This document shows, piece after piece, positions 39,420 through 53,423 of a DNA stretch of 64,000 bases (position 1 is the first letter of the stretch; every line of letters starts with the position of its first letter). The stretch is from Trichosphaerium sp. ATCC 40318. Lineage: Eukaryota; Protista; Tubulinea. The stretch lies in assembly GCA_038496445.1 (NCBI GenBank), contig JALMLS010000311.1:62001-126000 (forward strand). Reading direction: 5' to 3'. Made by a program: the position numbers and the translations under genes. The notes beneath the pieces were generated by a model that saw nothing but the letters and a program-made list of their open reading frames with translations, did no database searches and was not told the DNA's origin.

Positions 39420-39765
39420 CAATATAGTTGCACAAACAGCTACTGTTATAAAAAAAAAACTTATTTAACTACTCCTTCGTCACGTTTTGTACTGTTCCTA
39501 ACTTACCATCCAACAATCACATGTTGCCAACACTCATGAGTACGCCAATAACTTATACTGTGCGCCAGTTAAAATTTAAGCACCATTGTGTTAATTGAAG
39601 AAAGTGTAAACACGTGACAGAGAAAGCATCAAAGCAAAATGTCCACTTTGATGACATTTTAGTTACAGATAATGTATCAAAGTTAAAATACGTTAGCAGG
39701 ACAACCAAAAGCAGATTTTGGGCTGGAATTATTGTTTTTTATTTGATTTTTTTTCAAAATCTTGT

Positions 39766-42035
39766 TTATTTATCACCGTGAGTGATAAAGTTCAACAAAT
39801 CAATTCTAGAAGCAACACCAGTTACAACCTTCTTTTCTTCAAAACCAGCACTGTTTTTAAATGATTTTTGGGTAGTTACAACAAGAGCAAATGGATGAGT
39901 AGTAAGAATACGAGAAAGTTCACCAAGAGTAGCGCTTGAAGGAATCTAGAAGAAAAAAAAAGTAAGAAAAAACAGAAACCAACATAATCGTCATTACCTC
40001 TTTAAACTTTTTGTAGAGTACTTTATCGCATCTATCCTCAGCCTTGATTCTGTTACTCATGATTTGAGCCATAAGATTTCCTACAGGGCGAAAGTTAGGT
40101 TGATGGACAACTTTTTTTTTTTTGAAGCAAATTCTAATCTACAAAATAACCACAACTCATTTATACCTTCTGTTACTGTGCCTAGAACCTTACTATCACT
40201 GATAACTGGCAATTGATCAAAGCCTTGAGCCTTCATGATCTCAATAGCGTCTTTACATGGACATTCTGGAGTAATCTTCAAAAAAAAACGACCGTTAGAA
40301 AACAGCTATGTAGAGAGCAATAGAATAATGCTTACTGTTACAGGAGTTGGGAGGCTCAATGATTTTACTGTTTTGCCAGACCACCAGTTATCTTCTTCAT
40401 CTCTTTCTGGGTGATCCATGAAACCGTTAGCAATCATCCAGTTATCGGACAAGAACTTTGTCATGTAGTTACGGACGCTATCTACAAAAAAGAAGAGTTA
40501 AGCTTCAAATAAGCCGAGACTGGGCCTTAATTACCTGCGAGCATTACGACTACGCGCTTGCCAGCTGGGAGAGTCTTTGCGAATTGAAGGGCTGCCCACA
40601 TAGCTGAACCACTTGAACCACCACAGAGAATACCTTGATGTGTTTTAGAGTATGAAGCAAAAAAACTCACATTACCTTCTTCTTTGATGAGTCTACGCGC
40701 AGTAACGAATGCTTCACGATCATGTGTCTTTATCCATGAGTCTATGATGCCTTGCTCGCAAACATTAGGGATGAAATCGTAACCAATACCCTAAGTAAAA
40801 GCTAAATACATTGTCTTTGGTATGGTAGTTTTTGTTTGCTTTGAGGTGCTTTGTACCTCAACTAAGAAAGAATGAATGCCTTCGGAGTTCAAAGTACTTG
40901 GTTGGGCCAAAATAGAACCGTGAGGGTCTACACCAATAACCTAGATAACTGTAAGCAATAGAACAATGATTTTTTTAAGTTTAGAAGATGGCTAGAGCAT
41001 CTCAAACGCACCTTTATGTTTGGAATTTTTTCCTTTAGTTTCCTTGCGAGGCCGGTGATTGTTCCACCTGTACCTGCGGTAGCGATAAGGTAATCGATTT
41101 TACCGTCAGTTTGGTAGATAAGCTCTTCAGCTGTATTATCGTAGTGAGCGAGTGGGTTAGATGGGTTACCATACTAGAAGCAAGGGGAATAAGTACAAAA
41201 GGCTTGTCAAACATACAGACCTTGCGGAAAATTCGAAACTAGGTTTTTTTGTTTATGTAAAACTAACCAAACGAGAACTGACTTGATCTAGTTTATAAAA
41301 TAACCACGTACTTGATCGAGAATATGGGCGTTTGGAATTTCATTCTTCAAGCGCTCTGCAACACCAATATGGGATTCTGGTGAATCCCACGCTGCTTCAG
41401 TTGGTGTTCTGACAATAGTAGCACCAAGACCTTTGAGAACATCCACTTTCTCTGTAGACATCTTTTCAGGGAGGGTAATAATCATCTCGTAACCCTTAAC
41501 GGCAGCAGCGAGCGCCAAACCAATTCCTACGCAATAACGTTAGCATCGAAAGTGAGGTCAAGTGTTTTTTAAAAACGAATTCTTCGTTAGTAGGCGGTAT
41601 TTATTGTGTACCTGTGTTTCCTGACGTTGGTTCTATCAAGGTATCGCCTAGTTTGATTCTGCCTTGTTTTTCAGCGTCTTCAACCATACGTTTACCTATT
41701 CTGTCCTTTACAGAGCCACCAGCGTTGAAGAACTCGCATTTTGCGACTATAATAAAAGTTAATTGTTGGCCGTGTTTTGCCGCGTACGAATTTCGCATTT
41801 GATGCCATCGTTTTTAGTCATCCTATTAATCCTAACGAGTGGGGTATGCCCAATGTTGTCTAGAATAGTATCGCAAATTTTTGGAGGAACAGGGCAGCTA
41901 GTACCGATTATTAGCCTCTAGAGCGCATTTCAAGCGGTATCCGTACAATTTATTGGTTGTATGTGGGCATTTCTCCTTAGTGTTCGATGTCCAAGTGCAT
42001 TTACGTGGGCCAGCCTTTGATGGATCGGTAGTCAT
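39766..42035 (-). CDS. CBS: Cystathionine beta-synthase (heme motif + PLP core + CBS pair)
   Basis: CTW..CPH heme ligands; [15 protein letters not shown]; EPTSGNTG; GTGGT; [16 protein letters not shown]; GFDQLPV. Confidence 0.97.
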
Positions 42036-42472
42036 GATGTAGTGAGTTTCTGAATACGTGAAATGGAAAAGACAAGACGAATTGTGTGAATTTGAGCACC
42101 AAATTCTTTATTAAGTAAAAACCTTAATAAACAACCTAACATGAAGTAGGCATTCACGTAGTACCACCCAAGCCATCGACAGAACTCGCATGTCAAAAAG
42201 AGACGCTCCCTTTTACAACAATAAAATGAAGAACAAGACGTACTCCAACGCACTTTGCAACAGCTCTCAACAATTAGGTAAGCCGTTTAAAAGTCAGCCT
42301 AGCAACTGCTGCTATATACCTCATTTCATTGACAATGTCACCGAGTATACAATTTTCTACTCGCAAAAAATGTGGATTGTCTGCTTCCAACATAAAACAA
42401 AGGTATTCACATTACCGAGCTAAGAACAATTGACGTACAACAACTATTAAAACTGTTTATTTTTTTTTGTAT

Positions 42473-44454
42473 CTAGTGTTTTCCCTTCTTCTTTTTACTG
42501 GTACTCTCCTCCTCTGGATCAACAGCTAAAAAAAAGTTTAGCATTAAAACTCTTCATTCCTTTATCGTACGTTCATCTGTGGCGCGAGGAGAAGTTGGTG
42601 GAGAAGTTGGCTTGTGCTCTAAAAGAAAGAAATAAGCAATTACTTCACTTCACTGACAGAGCACGTGAACGTACTTTTCTTTTTGGAGAACATTCCACCC
42701 ATAAATGCTCCACTCTTACGTTTATTATCTAAATGTGTTAATGAATAAGACTAACATTATCGAAATACTTACCATGAGCAGCATCAGCGTGTTTCTCAGA
42801 AGTTTTCTCTCCGTCTTCATCAGAATTACTTTTCTTTTCTTCTCCAGACTTGGTTTTACCATTAGTAGACGATTTTGATCCTTTAGAGCTCTTCTTCAAC
42901 CCAATAGCCTATTGAAAAAACCAAATAAGCAAACAAATCAATAAAAACAGCAAACTGAACGTACACCGCCCATTGCGCCAAAGACTTTAGCGCCACCTTT
43001 ACCAACACCCATTACGCCTGATGCCACGCCCTTACCAACAGCACCAACGCCTTGTCCGATACCCTGTCCAATGGCGCCAACGCCTTGTCCAATGGCTTTA
43101 CCAGCGTTTCCAATACCAGCAATGGCAGCTGTGGCAGCGCCCTTTTGCTTAACTTCATGAGCAACCTTGATCTTACCCTAAAGGCGAGTGTTAAATAGTC
43201 TTGTCAACCAGCTTAAAGTTTCGGTTTTTAATTGTTTAGAAATGGACGTACGTCTTCGTTTGTTTCAAGTTCTACAGTGAAAATATTAGGTAATACCATC
43301 ATGCCCTTCAAGACACCAAAGACAGTCGATTTTAGCCATGACTGTAAAGATGTGTAAGTATTAACATGTCTTTTTAATTCGACGTACCTCAACTCCAGGA
43401 ATACTGTTAACATCCATACCCTTTGCTATACGGATAGCAATATCGAACTCAGGTAGTTTTTTAAAGGCAAAAGCAATCTTTTTCAAAAATGGCAATTCCT
43501 TTTTAAAAGTAACTTCAACTCTCATCTACGAAAGAAGTGAATAACACGTGTTACAAATAAAAAGAAAAAAAAATCATCTGGAGTACGTACCCTTCCCTTT
43601 AATTTTATACCATCAACACGAATAGTTACTGGAATACCAGGTGTTACTGTAGCAGCAACATCCACGGTAGCATCACTGAAAAACTCCATTGAGAAATCAA
43701 GAATCTGGTAAGGAAGCACGTGTCAATAAATACATGTGGCGTTTTGATAAATTAAACTATTGAGATTTGAAGACTTACGTATAGCTCTGGTGCAGCTCTT
43801 CTGATAGAACTAAGGTCAGATAGCTTTGGCGTCATTGTACCGAATGAAAGCTTAGGTACTGCAATTTTGCTCTTTTAGCAAATTAGTAATTTTGTGGATC
43901 ACCGATTTAATTTTTTTGTATTTTGTCGTTTCGTTGGTTACGTACCACTGCTGGTGGAGGGTTTTCCTTTAGAAGTTTGGCCATTGCTTCTTTTATTTTT
44001 TCCTTTGTAATGTTTTCCGTAAACTCTACGATTTGTGGAAACACGCGTTCGACGAGGTTGTTTAGCCATTCTACGCTCTCTTTGTCGGTTTTTTTCTAAG
44101 TCTGTGAATTTGATAATTAAATCACGGTCCGTGAAGGGACGTTATCATACAGTCGCATAATAGGTTTAAAAACGACAATGAAAATCTCCGATAAAAAGTA
44201 TTAATCTTGCGCGTTATTCACGTACTACTTTCATGCGCGCTTCTCGATCTAATAGGAACCAACGTCTCTCCCACGACTTTCTTTGCCACAATTTCTCAAC
44301 TTGCACCCTGTACACATGAGAAAACACTCTAAAATCACGCTACGTACGCAGCAACCATTACTAATACCATCCATAGGAAGTGGAAACCAAAGGCGCCCAG
44401 TACATAACAAACTAAAAACCCAAAAACGATCAATGGTGGAAACGGGAGGTGCAT
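42473..44454 (-). CDS. SMP-domain (synaptotagmin/tricalbin-like) membrane-contact lipid-transfer protein
   Basis: N-terminal hydrophobic hairpin; ESVEWLNNLVERVFP; LSFGTMTP; ILDFSMEF; LPFLKKIAFAFKKLPEFD; MMVLPN. Confidence 0.8.
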
Positions 44455-44547
44455 GTTCGGAGTTGATGTCAGTTTTACTTAAAATGCGTAAATGTCAGAA
44501 TAGACAGGCAAAATCTCAAAGAAAAAAGATCGCGTTCTACAAAAAAC

Positions 44548-46855
44548 TTAATTCACGTTTTTATTAGCTACCACCCACGCGTATCTTCCTGAGCAACCTG
44601 AAGAGACTATTCGAACGTTCCCACATTTACCGAAAAGTGAATCCAGTTCACCCTTAATGAATGTGTGATAAAAGAAGGTGTAACGCGGTAGCATGGCATG
44701 TGGGGCAGGTCTACCGATCTTTTTAAACTTTTGCCTTGTGTGAAAAGGATAGTAGATGTCTTGTTGTTTGAAAGGCTTTCCAGGCCTATTTTGACACCAA
44801 GCAACTACTAGAAGCATACCACCAGGTCTTACAACACGTAACATTTCTAAACGACTTCAACACGCGCACACAAAGTTATATGTACCTTTTATAGAATGTA
44901 ATCTATGTTCCTCCGTTTGGAAATGATGTAACATTCCCACGTTTATGGAAGCGTCAAAAAAGTTTTCCTACACAAATCAATTAACGCGTATTACGAAGGT
45001 AAAATAAAATATACCTTGCATGGTAAGTGTAGAGCGTTGGCTTGTGCGAAAAGCGGTTTTTCCGGCATTGTATTTTCTTTATCAAATCCACTCACAAGTA
45101 TATCTTTACGAACACGTGTATAGCGTCCTAAGGAATATCAGAGCGTAGAATTTATGGTAAAAAATTGAATACCATTCCCACAGCCGAGATCAACAATATG
45201 ACTTCCACTTTGTAATTTCTGGAGAAAATCCATCACAATCTGATTTGGTTTGCCTTGTTTTAATCTCTGATAAGGTAGAGTAGCAGCATATTGGCAATAC
45301 ACATATTTTTGTTCAACCCTTGTCACTACAAACGAGTTACGGAGAAAGAAAATTGTAAACAACTCTCTTACCATTATTCTTGTCAAGCCAAGTATCGCTA
45401 TTCGCCTTGTTAGTTACCAACATAAGTATAAAATGGTTATGCACCATTGCCATGTTCTTCCTGGATAAGTACATTTACAATCCCCTTTACGACGTATCTT
45501 AACTGAAGTGTCAAAGCTACTCAACAACATTGGTTTACATGCCTGTCTGAAGGTAAGTGATATCCTTGTTCTTCTTTCTGTCTTGACTCCATCAATAAAG
45601 TCATTTACTCTTGGCGCAATGGCATGGCTTTGGATACATCAGAAATAGCTAATTTCTTTTTAACGTGCCTCCACATGTATCGTGCTTCGCCAGTCAAAAT
45701 CTAGAAGAACTGTAAGAGTAGATATATGTGTTTACCGTACAAGTAAAGATCTGGCAGGAAGCACTACGTCAACACATTTGTTCATGGATCGAAATTGCAT
45801 TACAACCGGGCTTTGAAGAGATAATGAGAGAAGCCCGTTCTAAATAATGTTAACGCAAGGTCAATTACTTGATTCTTACTTCAAAAACAGAGTGAGTATC
45901 GACATGCTCCGCAATCCCAGCCCCAGGAGGATACTACAACATCATTAAGTTTAAACAAAGTAAGTCAAGCTTACTTTATTTACTGTCAGTTGATCTGGCA
46001 CGCAAGGTACGTCTTTATGATCAATTACTCTAGTGTAAACCTAAGCCGATTTTTTAATAGCTTGTCGTGAAACTTTAACACACTTTTTTGAAACGTTCTG
46101 GAAAGGGTTTTATTTCATCCATTTTGTACTTGTTTGTAAGGTAATCATATTCATATCCATAATGTTGCACAAAGCGTTGACTCAACCTGTACAAAATAAT
46201 TGTTTTAAAAAAGTCGTTTTTTGTAGTGTTTGTCGCTCACCTTGTCCATGGTTGCGATTCTAAATGTTCTATCATTTGCTTCTCTTCTTCAGTGGTGATA
46301 AATTCCTTTATAATAAAAAGGCCTTGTATTTTCTACGAGAAAACGTGATTCAATAAAAAGTTTTAGTTGGTTCGTCTTTGCATACCTCTGTTGTTGTATT
46401 GACTGTACCAATATCAGGTGCAGCATAAAATAGTATAATAACCCGATTCAGAGTATCTGAAAAGGTCAAATGAAGCGATTTATACGCTACTTCAGCGCTC
46501 TGAAAAAAACCAATAAATTTCAAACATTTTGACACATTGCGTACATCTTTACTTTCAAAAATGGCCAAAGCATACGGTTTGCCTTTGATAATCACTATTT
46601 TAACAAAACCATTTTGTTTTACGAATACTTGTATTAGTTGGTTTTGTGTAACACCTATTTTAAAGTTGTTAATGTGTATTTACATTTTAATACCTGTTCC
46701 GTGGCCACATGATGCAATGAAAAGCTTATACGTTGGGCTTTCTACGATTTGGTTTTAGTGTGACTTTTTTTTTTATTTGGTACCCTGTATAGGCGCTCCA
46801 TGCGTTGACTCTGCGTTTTTGATTACTTTGATAGCTTTGCGAACCTTTCTGGCGC
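44548..46855 (-). CDS. ALKBH8: ALKBH8-like tRNA wobble-uridine modifier (RRM + AlkB + Zn + Trm9 methyltransferase); start codon not found
   Basis: QHYGYEYDY; PDQLTVNKYPPGAGIAEHVDTHS; ARYMWSHAI; CKCTYP..CD; DLGCGNG; MLRVVRPGG. Confidence 0.9.
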
Positions 46856-47056
46856 TAAATTACAGTTACACCAATGATTCTTCAATTACGGTGAATATAC
46901 ATTGCCTTTGTTCGCCTCGGCGGCGCGTCGGTGCGTTCAATTGTGAAAATGTCAAAAAGTACAGAATTTAAGCTGCTCCAACTTAAAACGCTGGCAGAGT
47001 TTATCCAGTCCGTCAACAACTGCGTATCTTATCACTGCCGTATTTTAATTGCAACA

Positions 47057-48087
47057 ATGGCTTCTTCAATAGGAAGAATGGCAGCAAGTACGTTCCATAT
47101 ACCTAATAGGCATTAAGCAAGCGTAGCTGGAAAGGTAATAAAGCCTTTACGCATGGGTCATCCAATTCTACGTACAAAATGCGTAGATGTAACAAAGGAG
47201 GAGATACATAGCCCTCAATTCAAAAATTTACTAAAAGCGATGGTACGAACTCAGTTTGTGACATTCGTACAAATCATGATGAATACGCTCCAAATGGATC
47301 TTTTACGCCTATAAATCACCTACACAAGCCAAATCAACCAAATTCCAACTGAACGAGCTAACATGGTATTACAGAGAAAAACACTTCGCAAAGGAGGAGG
47401 CTCTGGTATTTCTGCACCACAGGTTGGTGTATCAAAAAACGTACGATGAAATGACACGCCACGAAAAACAAAATTAACTCAACAATCAGCTGATTATACT
47501 TGAACTTGAAGATAACATACCAGATGTTGACAAATTACCTTACACTGTATTGGTAAACCCAAAGATGGAAATAGAACTCGAGCACCAGAAAATTAAGATG
47601 TGGGAAGGTTGTCTATCTGTACCTCGTCTAACAGGCAAAGTCACACGGTAAGCAATAACCTCAACAAATTTTACGCTTAATTGCATGACATTTGACAGTC
47701 ATTCGAGTCAACAAATATCATTTGACACCTCAGAGAACTCCCTACATTGTTCTTTGGTGAAGGCTTTTTGATGATAAGAAGATAAACTGAGCTCACTCGC
47801 TTTCTAGTTACAACAACGTTTATGTATCACATTTGGATGAAGAAGCAAAGCCTCGTGCTATGGGAGCTACTGGTTTTATAGCTGCGATTATACAGCATGA
47901 GATGGATCATCTTGAAGGCAAGTTGTTTGTAGACAGGATGGAACACTTGAAAGATCTTGCATACAACAAAGAATGGGCAAAATTCAAAGCTCATGAGCCA
48001 GTCGTTATGGATGGCACAGTTCGTACGTGATGAGAATTTGTTCTTTTTTTTAATTGTTAACGCTTTGACAAAGGTTTCTTGGAGTGA
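47057..48087 (+). CDS. PDF: Peptide deformylase
   Basis: GHPILR; GSGISAPQVG; EGCLS; QHEMDHLEG. Confidence 0.95.
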
Positions 48088-48416
48088 TCATAAACTCAAG
48101 ACAATTCAATAAATCCTGTATCTTACAAAAAAATAAGAAAAAGAAAAAAAAAAAGAAAAAAAACGGAACAATAAAGAGTCTTCTTTGTGCAATTAAATGC
48201 TTCCTTTCAAAAAACTTTACTCAATGCACCAATTAGATAAATGGCCACACGTAATCTTTTTCTTATCGAATAAAGGCAAGATGTACAATAGTTATAGGTT
48301 TATTTTTCTGAACATTAGTTATGAATAAAAAAAAGAGAAAAATGTATGCCATTATCGGATGGAAGTCTATGTTACAGTTTTGGTTTTTGAGAGTTTTGTT
48401 TCCGTTCCCGAACCCC

Positions 48417-49765
48417 TCACGTCAGCTGACTGTATGTGGATAACGCCGTGGTGACATATTCGTACATTGCAAACGTTACAGCCACAGATAATGAAGTTTT
48501 TAGAATGGCTGGTGCTCCACCAGAGTAAAGTCCTCTTATCCCTTCTTTCGCCCAAATTGTCTGCATTGTAGCTAGTGTCGGTGGGCATTTTTTATACCCT
48601 TTCTTGTTCTTGTAGTCAACCATACCATGAACCTGGAGCCTAAATAATGTCAATACAATGATTAAAAAAATAGCAAAATGAAGCATTGTCGTTTGTCAAA
48701 AAATTGTTGAGGATTTTGCTTAAAACCCCGCGTACCGTTTTTGAGTTACGTCCAATGGTAAGGTTAAAAATTTACCAATACTCCCAGCGATCGCTCCAGA
48801 AGCCAAGTGGCATACAGGATGAGAAGAGTTCTAAACAATAAATTAGTTCTGATAAGTGTTTTTGTTTGTCAATTGTTGTGCTTCTACGTACGTTAAATAA
48901 AAAGCCTTTTACACCTTTGTACACTCCAAATTGTAATGCGAAATATGGAACAAATCTACACATTGCAGGACAAATACCTAAGCTCTGTGAGCTCAAGCAC
49001 ACATAAAATTACAACGCTCTATAGTACCTGAATAGAATCCTAACATTCCCTCTTGTCTATATATTGATCTCACAGCACCAAGGACTGTCTTGTAAACCTA
49101 ACAGGGAGATGAGAACCCAAGAAAAAAATTAGAATGTAAAATATTCGTTACCTTCTTTTCTCCCTGTGCAGCAAAGCGCGTACGCAATAAATCCATTGGG
49201 TAGCAAACAAGGACAGTTGTGAATCCAGAAAAAGCGCCAGCGAGGTAAGGTAAAGCTACTTTACCGACAGGCGACCACTCTGATGTTTGTAGAGCTGTAG
49301 AAGCCATCTCGTATATGCAAAACTGTCCATTGTTAGAAAATGACACTTTGACTGGTAGTTTATTTGCACCTGTACGCCAATGCCAAGCATCATGTATGTT
49401 TGCGCTATTAAATTTCCTTTCCAAAAGCCTGTAATCCCTTCTTGTCTCCATATCTTTCTTGTACCATCTGCCATACCTACGTGATTGTTAGTTAACATCG
49501 CAGGTATCTAGATGGAAAATTATTACCCGCATAGTGATAACCGAGTTGTGGAATAGTTTTGGCTGCTGATTTAACTGACGCGCTAGCTTGGCTTGCTTGA
49601 ATCTATGGTACGAGTAAGAATTAAATGTAATTCGGAATAACCAACCTGAAATCGTATCTTTAAAACGTCCAGAGGAGCGATGACGAAGCGCGCTACGCCA
49701 CCACTAGTACCCCCGGCTGCCATATTTAATAAAATATTGCCCTTTTGTGACTTTCGTTTGTACAT
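48417..49765 (-). CDS. Mitochondrial carrier, thiamine-pyrophosphate (SLC25A19/Tpc1)-like
   Basis: ARFVIAPLDVLKIRFQ; GFWKGN; YPMDLLRTRFAAQG; PLDVTQKRLQVHG. Confidence 0.85.
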
Positions 49766-50178
49766 GTTGTATTACTCAAAGTATGTTAAGGTGAAGTCAT
49801 TATAAGGCACAAGCGTTCAGTACTTATGAACGTGAGTTCATTATTACTTGGTAAAAATAAAGAAACGGCCAATTCTGGCAGTCAACAGATCTCAAACGTA
49901 ATTTCTCTTTTAAACCCTAACACTCTCGAAATAAAACGTTCTCAAAATGCATAAACCCTTCTTTTAGTGTACTCACTGTTGCAACGCGGCTTGTAACGTA
50001 CCAACCAACTTGTCACATGAAGTCATTTGGCTCATGTCACTTTCGCTCTGAAATTCTCTACCAAGAGGAAACTAGCCATGCAAGTAAATAGATGCGATTG
50101 ACTTTACTTGGTACAGCTTTTCTTTAAATTACTAGCCCAAAAGGTATACCGTATTTGGTATAAAAACATATACTTTTT

Positions 50179-51595
50179 CTAACTGTCTGGGTAATATTCA
50201 TCGTCATCAAGGTCTTTCTAAAACATGAACGGTTAAAACAAAAAAAAAACTTTGGCTTTCTGAAAAAATAGGGAAAAAAAGGGCGTTCAGTTACTACACG
50301 TACTCTCGTGGTTAGACATTCATAAATAATTATGGCAACGAGTATTACAAATCTAAAATTAAAACCATTAGACACTTCACACGTGCGTGTTTCTAACACA
50401 GTAAAAAAAAAATAAGCGTACGAAATAATTGCGAGAGGTAACCCCGGTCCTACTCCAGAAATATCGACATCACCATAAGGGAAAATAGCAACCTATTTAC
50501 ACGTTATTTACACTCCTATAAATCATTCGAAAGAACTGTACCCAAACAATCCACCTACAAATTGCGTCAGCGAGCTTTTTTCAAAAAACGAAAAAAAAAA
50601 AACTGTTGTAATCTTTTTTCTTTTTTTCTTCTTACGCTACTAAAATAAGGATCATAGCAGTGATACTCGTGTTTTCGAACATGCCATACAAAATTTGATT
50701 ACAGCAATTAGATGGTTTAATACAGAACTTTTTAAGCCCTTTTAGTGTATGAAATACCATACTATAAACAAGTATTAATACAAGGTTTAAATGTACACAA
50801 TGACGTGCGATATTAAGGTTAGTAATGCTGATCCAAATGTCAATGCGAAGGCAGTCAATCCACCAGTACGCACGTCTGCAATAGCTACGAGAAGGCGATA
50901 AATTAATAAGAATAAAAAAGATAAATTTGACGAACCATCCAATTGGCGGCTGGTATCGTTACTAAGAGCGTGTGCATCTCTAAGACTCTCATAGCTACGG
51001 CAGTCTGAACAAGCCTCCAGTAACCCCAGTTTGCTACAAACATTAACGACAACGCTCTGGTTTCAAAAAAAACGTACGGCCTATCGAAAAACACATCCCT
51101 ACCGTCATCCTAAACGTGTTTGAGTAACGCACGGCGTTATAATGCGAAACTAAATGTCAAAATGTAATGCTAAACGAAGCGTCGTACGTCAGATGCTGTA
51201 TACCACCACTGCACGCTCAGAGCCACAATAAGGATAACTAAGACTACAAATTCGATACCAACGATAATAAAATGGTGTTTAGCAGCCTGCACGTGAATAC
51301 AGTAAGAAACCAACGAAAAAAGGAAAAAAAGAAACCGCTGTAACGGTAAAGATTTGAGAGCGTACAGCTTCGACCATGTTTGCTTTAAATAATTATTTGT
51401 GGGACGACTTGCTTCACTATAAGCGCGCTGGGGTAAAAGAATCACACTCTTTAATGTTGAATCCAATGTGCTACTACTAGCGGCTATTTCGTCATTGATT
51501 ACTGGCGGGCTGACAGCAATGCATTCCTTTTGCGTTGCGCTAGAAAGTAGTAACGCGCCAACCCGACGCACCACCCGAAATCTCCATAATCCATA
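50179..51595 (-). CDS. Hypothetical multi-pass membrane protein (5' end uncertain)
   Basis: Several hydrophobic exons with GT-AG borders, ending KDLDDDEYYPDS*. Confidence 0.5.
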
Positions 51596-51775
51596 AATCC
51601 AGAGTGTAACATCTTCCACAAAAGCAATGATACAACACAAACCAAAAAAAGCAAATGTCGGATGACAAAAAAAAAACAAAACCAAAAAACAACATTTTAG
51701 ATACTTTCTGAAAGCAACGTCAATTAATTATTTCATACATGGTCCAGTTCTTTGAGTTAATATTATTGGCACTAT

Positions 51776-52830
51776 TTACTGGGTTTCGCTTGCATCCTTC
51801 TTACCACCTGGAATCCTAGCAGGCCACATATCCCAGTCAGGCCTAGGCTTTTGCTCTTCTGCCAGTATGTTCCTGTGTTTCTTCTCTTTAAACTCTTGGC
51901 TTTCGTCTGCTTCCAAAACTCCACAACCTTCAATAACTATTCGTGCGCCAGGACGTCCAACAGGTGTGCCAGCGGACTCAATTTCTTTCAATGTGTCAAA
52001 TCCTAAATCGGTTATCAGAATGAATCAATGAGTGTTATTGTAACTCTACCTTCAATAAGTTCACCCATAGGAACATTTCTGAGCAGATTTTGTTAGCGTA
52101 ATGACTACAAGTTGCAAAATGTTTCAAACAAAACCAATACAAAAATGTGGTCTTTTGACGTCTGCGTTGCTGCGTTATAACGTACGTGTTATCAAGGAAA
52201 CGTGCACGGTTGAAGGTAATCATAAATTGTGCAGTCATTTCTAAGCTTCTATAAGGCTTACACAGTGATATAATTGCGTACTTGAAACATCTCCATAGTG
52301 TAAAGCGCTCAGTATGCCTCGCTTATCGTGGCTTCTAAAACAGAATATTAATGATTGTCAATCTATCGACATGACGTACGCGTCGCATTCTTCTCGTCGG
52401 AAATATGGTCCATAGATAGTCTCTGGTTCAATACCATGATGGCTTGAGCTTCCGCCCATTGTGCCCTTTAAACGTCAAGGAAAAACAAAATTATAAGCGT
52501 AGAAATGCGTTATTAGGTGGATACGAAGCCAGGGTATGAATAATGAAAGTCGCTGCCCTTGTAGTGCATAGTTTTGCCTTTGGTGCCTTGTTACGCTATT
52601 AGAATTGATATATTTACGCTTTAAGCAGGCCAGTTAGCGTTTTAATCAATACCTTCACAAAATGCCTTAAAATTCTTTACAGCAATTGGTACTTTATCAT
52701 CATACATCTACTGAGCTTAGAAAGGTAAATAATAGTTTCAAACCTTAAAAACCATCCTTCCTGGCTTTCCTTTTCCCACTCTGACATCTAAATACGTGCG
52801 CGTTCGAAAAATACGCCCAGCAGCGGCCAT
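51776..52830 (-). CDS. Divergent cyclophilin (probably catalytically inactive)
   Basis: YLDVRVG..GRMVF..YDDKVPIAVKNFKAFC..HYKGSDFH..TIYG..HDKRGILS..QFMIT..IVIEGCGVL. Confidence 0.88.
52466..52524 (-). other. U12-like intron
   Basis: Donor GTATCCAC and a perfect U12 branch TTCCTTGAC just upstream of the AG. Splicing restores PGF|GTMGG. Confidence 0.7.
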
Positions 52831-53423
52831 CTTGCACTTGATATCAGAAGTCTACCTTAAGTCAATGTAGAATGAGCTCTTTTACATTGTCAACAAAGGT
52901 CACTGCCGTTTAATGAAAGTAGTAAACAGTCAACTGGCTGCATAGTACCAAACTGACTATTAGTTCGACAAGAAGCCGCCCAAGGGCCTGAAGGCAACTG
53001 CTTTAAGCCAGACTCCAATGGACTCCGAGAACAATACTGAAGGGACGTGCCACTCAAATAGAATAGAGTAGAGTAGTAATCTTTATTACGCATTGCTAAA
53101 ATACAGTACAGTAATCGCCTAGATAAGCTTGAACCATGGAAACAGAGTGGCCACGCTCAAGTGCAATTAATAGCTGAAAACTGTTTCACTTTTTCAAGCA
53201 CGTAAAGTACTTGCACGTGATCACGAATGATTGGAACTTAGAACAGAGGATAGGCAACAATATACCGTAGAAAAAACCCTTCGCCTTTAAAATGCGCTGA
53301 TCGGGTACGACACAGGCGGTTCACCAACCGGATAATCTGTGAACATCACTCCAGTAATACTTCACAACATCGGACGTATAGATGTGAATTATGTGAGTCT
53401 TGTTTACCCTATACTCAAACGAA

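Noticed and set aside
38504-39433. Long antisense and alternative-frame ORFs over the RasGEF tail
   Set aside because: Shadows of low-complexity E/K-rich coding sequence.
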